This document shows positions 1-8,800 of a stretch of 64,000 bases of DNA, piece after piece. The stretch covers positions 120,029-184,028 of the IMG/VR virus record IMGVR_UViG_3300032007_000003. The stretch is one strand, 5' to 3'. Below the pieces are notes generated by a model. It worked only from the letters and a program-made list of their open reading frames with translations. It had not been told where the DNA came from and made no database searches. This stretch comes from a virus (Duplodnaviria > Heunggongvirae > Uroviricota > Caudoviricetes). The position numbers were made by a program, and so were the translations under genes. Every line of letters begins with the position of its first letter. Position 1 is the stretch's first letter.

Positions 1-121
1 TATTTTTGGGCATGACTTTTTCTAGCGCATTATACCATGCACTATAGTATTGTCTATCCTTCAATGGAACTGGAGCCTTTCTTCTAGTTACCTTTTGTGA
101 ATCCTCTAAAAATAATGCCAT
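1..121 (-). CDS. Hypothetical late protein, partial (runs off window start; MALFLEDSQKVTRRK...)
   Basis: ATG at 121 on the minus strand, 2 nt after the stop of 124..372; frame stays open to position 1. Confidence 0.6.
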   Translation of the reverse strand, partial: MALFLEDSQKVTRRKAPVPLKDRQYYSAWYNALEKVMPKN

Positions 122-123
122 TG

Positions 124-372
124 TTAAATTGTATTTGATGATTTTCTACCACCTACAGCACCCCACTGTTGTGGAGATTGTGCGTCTGCGAATTTCTCAG
201 TATCCATTGGATTAGCCTTCTTAGGGCTTCCGTCCTTATCAGTTATTGTAGGTTGAAGCTCAACTTTGTCCAAACCATCATATTCTGGAATTGTACTCGT
301 TCCAAAGTCTTGGTCTGTTACGCTTTCAAATAATCTTGTATACTGAGATTCATTCAAATTAATTATTTTCAT
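124..372 (-). CDS. Small putative virion/internal protein with N-terminal tag variant (MKIINLNESQYTRLFE)
   Basis: ORF track; TATTTATA on the minus strand 19 nt upstream; N-terminus resembles the tag family. Confidence 0.7.
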   Translation of the reverse strand: MKIINLNESQYTRLFESVTDQDFGTSTIPEYDGLDKVELQPTITDKDGSPKKANPMDTEKFADAQSPQQWGAVGGRKSSNTI

Positions 373-391
373 AATACATTCTTTTATTTGC

Positions 392-405
392 TATAAATAT
401 TTATA
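392..405. promoter_or_regulatory. Bidirectional late-promoter candidate: perfect palindrome TATAAATATTTATA (two back-to-back TATTTATA)
   Basis: Lies between divergent genes starting at 372(-) and 428(+), 19 and 22 nt from the ATGs. Confidence 0.7.
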
Positions 406-427
406 TTAAGCAAATAATGTATAAATA

Positions 428-2416
428 ATGGCAAATTTAAAGGTAAACAATTACAATAATCTATATTTGAGAATTAACGGAGATGAATATTGGGACTTTT
501 TCGTTAATAAGGATACTTATGGCTCATTTAAGATTAATGATGGTTTGTATGATGAATGTCTTATCTCATACATAGATTTGTCAGATGAAGAATGTTTTGA
601 CTCTGATAATTGGATATATGGTAAAAGTGGCTATACATGGGATAAATCTTTAGCACTTGGATACACCTTATATAATATAACATATACTGGAGTCGATAAC
701 GGTCTTTTTACCTATCGTAAAGATAGAATTACTAATAAAGATTTTCTAGAATTATTCCAAAATAATAAACTCATAATTGAAGAAAATGACTATAGATTAA
801 AACTTCATGCGGTGAGTGGAAACACGTTACAGTATGATTATCCACTTCATAAGGAAAACGGATATACAAAACTTAATGGTGGTTTCTATCAAGGATTTTT
901 CAAAACAGAATGTGATAAATATCAAATTTTGCCATTAGCATTTGAACATGGAGATACACTTAATTTAGAGTTTACATTGAAAAAATGTGATTTGGAGAAG
1001 GAATCTGACAAAACATTAAATGACAAATATCCAGAGAATAAAGGTATATTCTTCTATGTTGGTACTAGAGCAGAAAATAAGTGGATTTATCTCTATGATA
1101 AAGATGATGTAGATGGTCTTGAAGAATGTTATGAGTTAGGTGTAGATGACTTTGTTGAAGATGGAGAAATTGATAAAAAAGACCACATAATTGGAAACTT
1201 TTATAGTCCAAATCCCGATTTTGATGGGTATGACCCATTTGAACTTGGTGACTACACAAACTACAATTACTATGATGATGAGTTATATGCTGACGATTAT
1301 TGTGATTGGAATGACATGTACGATTATCTAGAGATAGAATCTGAGAAAAAGCCTAAGACTATAGATGAGAATGCAAAACATTCAACACTTACTTGGTGTT
1401 GTGGTGAAATAAATGAAGACGAATATATACTAAAACCTTGGTTTCGTGGTTGTGGATGTCCAATATCATATAAAAAAATAAAGAAAAAAGATGAAGACCC
1501 ATTTGACCCAAATCCATTGAAGATGGGTACTGAATTTGGTGATGATTACATATTCGATACAAGTGAGGTTATTGGACTTGATGAAGCAATAGATTATATT
1601 GAGGCAGAACTTGATATCACTGATTTTGAATATGAAACAGATAATGGATTCAGAGTTTCTGAAGGAAATCAATACTATTTCTATACTGACAATAAGTTCT
1701 TATTCTTTGATAGAACAAAAACAGGTAAAACCGTTTCAAATTGGGTTGAAGGAACACAATTTATGTATAGTGGACGTAGAAGCAAATTCAAAGGTAATTT
1801 ATTCATTTTAATGAATCGCACAAAGACTGGTTATACAGTTAATACTATTGATGAACTTCGTGACCAATCAGCAAACGAATATAATCCTTATAATGACTTA
1901 TATAACAATGCCTTAGCCTTTAGAATCACTGATAAGGGCGAAATAGGCTATAGAATGCTTGTAATGGATTGTAAAAAGGAAGGAAGGGATAAAACAAGTA
2001 TTATTGAGGGTTATTCATTTGAAAATGTAATACCTAATTGTGAATGGACAACTGTTAATGTTAAGATTATGTTTACATTTGGAAAAATGAAACTAATGTT
2101 CTATGTGAATGGTAAATTGGTTTACATTACCAAAGACCTTCCAATGCTCAATCTCAAGGCTCTTAACGAGATATACGATAAACAAGAGGGCGTGCCATAT
2201 AATATATCTCTTGGTGGTGGAACACAAGGACTTGCAGAAACAATTTTACAAAATTATATGTTGAATCCTACTAGAGTTTATCCACTTGAGAAGAACTTTG
2301 CAGGAACCTTCATCGGTTATATCTCTTCGTTCAAGATTTATAACTGCTTCATGGAACAGATGATTATCGAGCATAATTTCAAATATGAAAATAATAAATT
2401 AAAATTAATAAGCTAA
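428..2416 (+). CDS. Putative structural protein with C-terminal LamG/concanavalin-like beta sandwich
   Basis: 662 aa; C-terminal MFYVNGKLV...FIGYISSFKIYN pattern; acidic D/Y-rich middle; late motif upstream. Confidence 0.55.
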   Translation: MANLKVNNYNNLYLRINGDEYWDFFVNKDTYGSFKINDGLYDECLISYIDLSDEECFDSDNWIYGKSGYTWDKSLALGYTLYNITYTGVDNGLFTYRKDRITNKDFLELFQNNKLIIEENDYRLKLHAVSGNTLQYDYPLHKENGYTKLNGGFYQGFFKTECDKYQILPLAFEHGDTLNLEFTLKKCDLEKESDKTLNDKYPENKGIFFYVGTRAENKWIYLYDKDDVDGLEECYELGVDDFVEDGEIDKKDHIIGNFYSPNPDFDGYDPFELGDYTNYNYYDDELYADDYCDWNDMYDYLEIESEKKPKTIDENAKHSTLTWCCGEINEDEYILKPWFRGCGCPISYKKIKKKDEDPFDPNPLKMGTEFGDDYIFDTSEVIGLDEAIDYIEAELDITDFEYETDNGFRVSEGNQYYFYTDNKFLFFDRTKTGKTVSNWVEGTQFMYSGRRSKFKGNLFILMNRTKTGYTVNTIDELRDQSANEYNPYNDLYNNALAFRITDKGEIGYRMLVMDCKKEGRDKTSIIEGYSFENVIPNCEWTTVNVKIMFTFGKMKLMFYVNGKLVYITKDLPMLNLKALNEIYDKQEGVPYNISLGGGTQGLAETILQNYMLNPTRVYPLEKNFAGTFIGYISSFKIYNCFMEQMIIEHNFKYENNKLKLIS

Positions 2417-2417
2417 T

Positions 2418-3071
2418 ATGCCAAGCAAGAGTAAAGCGCAGCAGAGATTCTTCGGAATGGTAGATGCCTATAAGAAGGGTGAAATGAAGAATGCTAGCAG
2501 CAAGATAAAGAAAGCAGCAGATGGAATGCCAATGAGTGATGTCAAGGATTTTGCTGAGACAAAGCATAAGGGACTCCCAGAGAAGGTTGATGAAAATATC
2601 ATAAGATTGACCGAGAACGACCTTCACAGAATGGTGATGGAAGTGGTAAATCGAATGATAACTGAAAGGAGAGAGGGAGACCATGAATTTGTAAAGGGTA
2701 AGGATGGATATTCACAATATTACATAAATCACGGCAATAAAACAGTATCTGCTATACATGGTTATCCAAGAGCTGGAAAGAACTATGCAAAGAAACATGG
2801 TTATGAATATCATGATTGTGTGGATGAATCTGTAGAAATGGAAGATGTACCACAAGACCATATCTTCTCTGAGAAAGAAATGCAGTGGCTTTATGATAAC
2901 CAAGACAAGTTGAGTCCAATACAGCAGAAGGTTCTAAATGCTGGAATGTGGGTTCGTGCTCGTCAAGCAAATTATCATGGTTACGCAAAGAGGTGGTCAA
3001 ACATCATCCTTAAGAATGGTGAAACCTATTATTATGAAAGTAACGGAGAAATAAGAAAAACTGGAACATAA
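2418..3071 (+). CDS. DUF3008-like N-terminus plus internal IIRLTENDLHRMV tag; putative head/internal protein
   Basis: MPSKSKAQQRFFGMV...VKDFAETKHKGLPEKV matches the phage DUF3008 pattern; followed by the shared tag. Confidence 0.65.
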   Translation: MPSKSKAQQRFFGMVDAYKKGEMKNASSKIKKAADGMPMSDVKDFAETKHKGLPEKVDENIIRLTENDLHRMVMEVVNRMITERREGDHEFVKGKDGYSQYYINHGNKTVSAIHGYPRAGKNYAKKHGYEYHDCVDESVEMEDVPQDHIFSEKEMQWLYDNQDKLSPIQQKVLNAGMWVRARQANYHGYAKRWSNIILKNGETYYYESNGEIRKTGT

Positions 3072-3102
3072 AAGGGAGTGACTCGTTATCACTCCTTTTT
3101 TT
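3070..3102. terminator. Bidirectional intrinsic terminator
   Basis: AAAAGGGAGTGA-loop-TCACTCCTTTTTTT between convergent genes. Confidence 0.75.
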
Positions 3103-3436
3103 ATTGTATATAATCATTCATCATGAAGAAATCATCAATCACTCCAAGTTTGAGTGCAACCCTATATGCTGTTTGATTTCCCTTGAAGAATTCTGTCTTG
3201 GTATCATACTTTAAAGCCTCTTCCTCAATGTGTTTATAAGTCCAATATCCCTTTTTATGTTGTTTTTGTTTAACCATCCAATCCATATCATCGATGTATC
3301 CATATCTGTGAGCTGCCAAAAACGCACTTAGGTTGCCTTTTTGGAATTCTTCTTTGGTGTGATATTTCTTGGCTTCAGCCATCATATTTTCCTTATTTTT
3401 CCAGTAATTTTTAGGGTGTTTTATTTTTTTTTCCAT
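3101..3436 (-). CDS. Two tandem small helical repeats of the type seen in phage endonuclease DNA-binding arms; no nuclease domain
   Basis: YWK...EAKKYHTKEEFQKGN.SA..AA.R.G.IDD and YWT...EALKYDTKTEFFKGN.TAY..A.K.G.IDD. Confidence 0.55.
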   Translation of the reverse strand: MEKKIKHPKNYWKNKENMMAEAKKYHTKEEFQKGNLSAFLAAHRYGYIDDMDWMVKQKQHKKGYWTYKHIEEEALKYDTKTEFFKGNQTAYRVALKLGVIDDFFMMNDYIQ

Positions 3437-3539
3437 TTTTTGTCGGGTTTATATACATAAATACTAATATTTGGAAAACAAGTTAAAAAAGTTTTATATT
3501 TATTATTAAAAATAACATAATAAAATAATAGGTAAAATA

Positions 3540-5861
3540 ATGGCAAACGGACTTTATTACTATAAACTAGTAAGCCCTTATCCAGAAGATGTAACAAAAG
3601 ACTGTAAGTTGACTATCAATGAGATTGACAGTAACTTTGTAACTCTTAAGGATAACGACATCAAGAAGGCTGAGTTTATCAGGGACGAAAAGACTTTAGT
3701 CCTTACAAGAAATAACGGTGAGAAGCTTATCGTTAATCTTGATGATGTTACATACAACTTAGATGTTAATGCTGAGTGTGGTGAGAGTGGAACAACCTTA
3801 ACCATTTCTTATGATGGAAAGGATGGTAAGAACACCGTTACAATCGCTAACATTCTAACTGCTGACAACCTTATGGATATTATTGGCAGTGACATTCTTA
3901 CAAAGGTTATTACCGATGGTACTATTAAGGGTCATGGAACTATGGATTCTCCACTTGGTATTTCTGGTGTTGAGAAGACAGGTATGTTGGCTCCAGCTTT
4001 AGAAGTGTTTGACCTTACAACTGGAGGTACACTTCCATATGTCGCTAAACTTGGTACAAGATATATTACCAAGGAATATGTTAACGACTACGGTTATCTT
4101 TATAACGGTGCTGGACTCGCAAAAATTTCTCAACGTCTAAAGGATGATTACATCGGTAGAAACACTAGAGAAGATGCAAGATATGCATGGAGAGTTCCTT
4201 CCAAGGCTGATTGGGATGCATTGCTTAATTCAATTGAACCATGTAAATATCGTAATCATGGTTCTGCAAAATGCCACGTAGAGCTTGGTAAAGTCGCTGG
4301 TAAATATCTTAAGTCAGAGTGTGGTTGGCAAGGTCAACCAGATTGTGAATGCACAATTACAAAACCTAATACTGGTTGCACATATGATGAAGAAAACTAT
4401 GTTGATGATGGTATAATAGGCGAAAGCGATGTTCCAGTAGAGAGACCAGAATCTCCATTTGGTGTTGACAAGTATGGTATGACAATTCTTCCAGCAGGTG
4501 TAGTTACTCTTGATACTTATGGAAGACCACAAGCTGCTTCATTCCAAGAACAAGCAATATTCTGGACAACTTCACATATATATGGCGATGATGACCAAGA
4601 TGTATATACAAAGATATTTGATTGGAATAAAGCTGGTGTAAGTCAAGTTGGAGAATGCCCAAAACCATATTATTCAGTAAGATTGGTTAAGGATTATAAT
4701 GGCTCTAACTATTATGACAGTGAATATATCGATGGCATCTTATACAAGACAATATTATTCCCAGAAAGTGGACAAATTTGGCTTGCATCTAACTATGCTG
4801 ATAAGAGTGGTTTCGTTGAGTACGAACCAGGTGGTGCAACACCAGAAATTGTTGAAGTAAACAACGGTGAAGTTCTTGAGAAGAGAGTTGAGATGTTCAT
4901 CAATGAGTGGAATGGTCATTATTGGGAGAAGAAAATTATGCATGAGGGTGATACGATTGTTGTTGAAAACCCATGCTTCGACCAAGGTACTGGTGCAACC
5001 ACTAATGTTTGTTGGACTGATAAAGAACATGTACCTCATTGCATAGAGGTTGAAATTCCAAAGGAATCTCAGAGCAATATCGAATATAGAGTATTTACTG
5101 AGGACGAAGGTTGTAACAAGGTTCTTGTTAATACCGATGACCTTGTAGTAGAGAGAATTGTTCAAATTATCGTTCCAATGCTTCAAAGAGAACGTGAAGA
5201 GCGCATCGAAGGTGATAGAATACTTGACGAGAAGATTGATGCTGAAACAGAGAGAGCAGAAGAAGTTGAAGCTCAACTTTGGGATGCAATAGCACAAGAG
5301 GCATCTGCTAGAACTGATGTTGACAACCAATTATGGGATGCAATTGCGCAAGAGGCATCTGCAAGAACTGACGTTGATAATCAGTTGTGGGATGCAATAG
5401 CACAAGAAGCATCTGCTAGAACTGACGTTGACAATCAGATTTGGACTGCACTCAATAATGAAATTAATGGCAGACTTGATGTTGATGCCCAGATGTGGGC
5501 TGCTATCAATGCTGAAGCAGAAGCAAGAGAGACCACTGATAATTTGTTGTGGCAAGCAATTGAGGATGAAACCGCTAGAGCACAAGAGGTTGAGGCACAA
5601 CTTTGGGATGGCATTAACGGAGAAACCGCTAGAGCACAAGAGGTTGAAAGACAACTTTGGGAATCTCTCAATAATGAGATTGAACGTGCAATCGCAAGAG
5701 AGGATGAAATTGATGGACAATTGGTTGATTGGACAAAGAACCCATTCACAATGTCAGTTGCGGTTGAAAAAGGCAAAGATAATCTTGTACTTGAGTCAAA
5801 AGATGAGAATCCAGAGCATTTTATCAAGATTAAATTTGATGGAAGTTTTGGCGAAATTTAA
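3540..5861 (+). CDS. Fibre/adhesin-like virion protein: Fib_succ_major (FISUMP) domain plus 18-residue coiled-coil repeats
   Basis: YGYLYN, WRVPSKADWDAL, AGKYLKS..GW, DKYGMTILPAG, AIFWTT and YSVRLVKD motifs; C-terminal (N/A)QLWDAIAQEASARTDVD repeats. Confidence 0.75.
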   Translation: MANGLYYYKLVSPYPEDVTKDCKLTINEIDSNFVTLKDNDIKKAEFIRDEKTLVLTRNNGEKLIVNLDDVTYNLDVNAECGESGTTLTISYDGKDGKNTVTIANILTADNLMDIIGSDILTKVITDGTIKGHGTMDSPLGISGVEKTGMLAPALEVFDLTTGGTLPYVAKLGTRYITKEYVNDYGYLYNGAGLAKISQRLKDDYIGRNTREDARYAWRVPSKADWDALLNSIEPCKYRNHGSAKCHVELGKVAGKYLKSECGWQGQPDCECTITKPNTGCTYDEENYVDDGIIGESDVPVERPESPFGVDKYGMTILPAGVVTLDTYGRPQAASFQEQAIFWTTSHIYGDDDQDVYTKIFDWNKAGVSQVGECPKPYYSVRLVKDYNGSNYYDSEYIDGILYKTILFPESGQIWLASNYADKSGFVEYEPGGATPEIVEVNNGEVLEKRVEMFINEWNGHYWEKKIMHEGDTIVVENPCFDQGTGATTNVCWTDKEHVPHCIEVEIPKESQSNIEYRVFTEDEGCNKVLVNTDDLVVERIVQIIVPMLQREREERIEGDRILDEKIDAETERAEEVEAQLWDAIAQEASARTDVDNQLWDAIAQEASARTDVDNQLWDAIAQEASARTDVDNQIWTALNNEINGRLDVDAQMWAAINAEAEARETTDNLLWQAIEDETARAQEVEAQLWDGINGETARAQEVERQLWESLNNEIERAIAREDEIDGQLVDWTKNPFTMSVAVEKGKDNLVLESKDENPEHFIKIKFDGSFGEI
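5274..5730 (+). repeat. 54-bp (18-aa) tandem coding repeat; three near-identical units at 5274-5435, then degenerate units
   Basis: TGGGATGCAAT(A/T)GC(A/G)CAAGA(G/A)GCATCTGC(T/A)AGAACTGA(T/C)GTTGA recurring every 54 nt. Confidence 0.85.
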
Positions 5862-5886
5862 TAATATAGGAAAATAAATAAAGACG

Positions 5887-8800
5887 ATGAATAATAGGCT
5901 ACAATTTAGACACCATAATGAGGTGTTCAACACTAGAGAGGACGCTATTGATTATATCAAAAGTCAAATAAGATTTGCGGAAAGTGGTCTCGCATTTGAC
6001 GATAAAACATTCGGCTATTCTTTGTTCGCAGAACCAACTGTTTTGTTGTATAAGAAGGATGAAGGTGAACTACAACCAGGCGTACTCCCAGACCCACACC
6101 TTATGTTGGTTATTGGTTCTCAGACTAATTTGGAAGAACCTGTCCAGTATTCTAATAACAGATTCTGTATTATCGATATTGATAAGACAGAACAAGAAAT
6201 CGCTGATTTACAAGAGGAATTTGAGAAGGCTATAAGGTCTCTTACTCTTATACCTTTAAGTAGTGATACATTAAACTTCTATTCTAACAAGACAGAGGAA
6301 GGCACTTATGTAAGCGGTGATGTTAAGGTTGCTGAGACTCACATCTTTGATGATGTAAGGTACAAAAATAACTTGTTGGTTACACCAGAAGGTTTGTTTA
6401 TTTATGTAAACCTTGAGTACGATAAGGAGAATGAGGAGTTCACCTTCACCGTAAGCAATGCAGATGATACTCTTTCATCAGTAACAGTTGATATTTCTGA
6501 CAATTACCTCGTTAATGGTAGATACAGTGTTCAAGACGAGTCACTTCACCTTTTCATGAAGAAGGGTGAGGAGATTGTGATTGACTGTAAGTACCTTATC
6601 GCTGAGTGGGGCGTTATTGGTGATGCTGCTAAGTCTCCAGTAATTCTTACAAAGGAAGAAGTTAAGTACGGTACTGAGGAATATTCAAGACTTGAGCCTT
6701 GGCAAGACGTACTTAAGGCTAACGTTAGAATCAAGGATGAGGAGTTTGACCCACAGACTGGTAAACCTCTCCCATTGGACAAGGATAAATCTACAAACAT
6801 CTTACAGAGAACACAAGATGGTAGATACTTGTTCGTTGATGGCGTTGCTTCTAATATCATATATTGGCAGAATGGTGAACGTACAAACGTTAAGGAGGTA
6901 CTTGATGAGCTTTCAAACATTAAACTTTCAACCGATAATGACAATATCTTGACAGAGAAGACAGACGGTTTCTTCGCTTCATCTAAGTTGGAGTATGTAT
7001 CTAAGGATAACAAACTTATATTCAAGACTTCTGGACAGAATGGAGAGAAGAAGACAGAAATCCAACTTAATAGTGTTGAACTTTTTGAACATATTTACTA
7101 TGACCCAACTAAGGAGGCTCTTATTGTAACTTATAAAGACAATAAGGGAGAAACTCAGTTCGTTGAAATTCCAATTGGTGAAATGATTCGTGATTGGGAA
7201 TGGGAACCTCAGAATGAAGGACATAACGTTAAGATTGTTAAGATAAGAAAAGTTAGTGGAAATGATAAGGTTTCTGCTGATGCAAAAATTTATCAAGACC
7301 CAGATAACATCTTGGTTGACAAGAACCATGAGTTGTTTGTAAAGGGTACTTCTGATAATATCAGACATGGAGAAGATTCAAACGTTAAGAAAGAAATAGA
7401 TACCCTTCACGAGATAGATGCAGCTCTTGATAACAAGATTAATAATGAGACAGCTAGAGCAAAGCAAGCAGAACAGACTCTTGATAACAAGATTGACCAA
7501 GAGATTGCTGATAGAACATCTGAAATTCAGAGACTTGATGATACTCTTGGAAGTGGTTTCACAACTGATATCCACGAGACTGTTACCTATAAGCTCAATG
7601 AAGAAATTGAAGACAGAATCGCTGATGTTAATGCAGAAGAGGCTCGTGCAAAGGAAGAGGAACTAAGAATAGACACAACAATCGGTAGTGGCTTCTCAAC
7701 AGATGCACACGAGACTGTTACCTATAAATTCAACCAGTTGCAAGACCAAGTTAACTCAGAGGCACAGAAGCTTCAGAATGAGATTAACCGTTCAATAGCA
7801 AAGGATATTGAACATGATGGAAGACTCGATGCAATCGATGCTGAAATTGGCGAAGGGTTCGGTCCACGTAACACCGTAAGAGATGAAATTGAAAATTTAC
7901 AGAGTGAAATCGACTTTGTAAGTGCAGATACATCAATGAGGTTGACAGACGTTATCAATGAGGACGAATCAATTGACGTTGAAACTAGAAACGATGCTAA
8001 TGGTAAACCAACCGTGAAGGTTGTTAAAGTTAATCTTAGTACCGAGGTAGAGGATGAAAGAAAGAATATCATTAAGCTTAACAGCGATGGATTATTTGCA
8101 AATGTCGATTTGTCATATGAAAAGACTGCAAATAAACTTATCTTCCACACATCAAACGGTGAGCCAGACAAGGAAATCCAGCTTGAGAGTATGTCTTCAA
8201 TTATAAGCATTGAATACAATCCGTCTAAGGAAGCTATCGTTATTACTTATATGACTAATGGTCATGAAATTAAGACGGTTGAAATTCCAGTTGGTGACTT
8301 GATTAACGAGTGGAGAGTTGAGGATGGACACCCACACGCAGTTCAACTTGAAAAGGTAAGAATTTCAAGTGGTACAAGTGAGCAAGATATTCTTAAGGCT
8401 TCTGTAATCATAACAGATGACCATGATGATAATATCTTGGTAATGGATGACGGTGCTCTTTATGTATCTGGACAAGGTATTACTAATAACAAGGCTGAGA
8501 TAGATGCTTTGAAGGAAAGAATGACCACAGCAGAGGATGATATTGATGCACTTGAGAATGGTCTTAGAGAAGAGGCTAGCGCTAGAACAATTGCAGACGA
8601 AGCTCTTGGTAGAAGAATTGACCAAGAAATCGAGAATAGAATTGCTGATGTCAATGAAGAGGAAGAGAGAGCTAAGGATGCAGAACTTGCACTTTCCAAC
8701 AAGATTGATACCGATGTTCTTGCAGAAAAGAATCGTGCAATCAGTGCAGAGACAAGTCTTGACACTAAGATTGACCAAGAGATTGCTGATAGAGAGGCAG

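Noticed and set aside
4080-4700. Diversity-generating retroelement targeting the FISUMP domain
   Set aside because: No reverse transcriptase and no second near-identical copy differing at adenines in this window. It cannot be excluded elsewhere in the genome.
5274-5435. CRISPR-like array
   Set aside because: The repeats are contiguous, in-frame and coding with synonymous variation; there are no unique spacers and no cas genes
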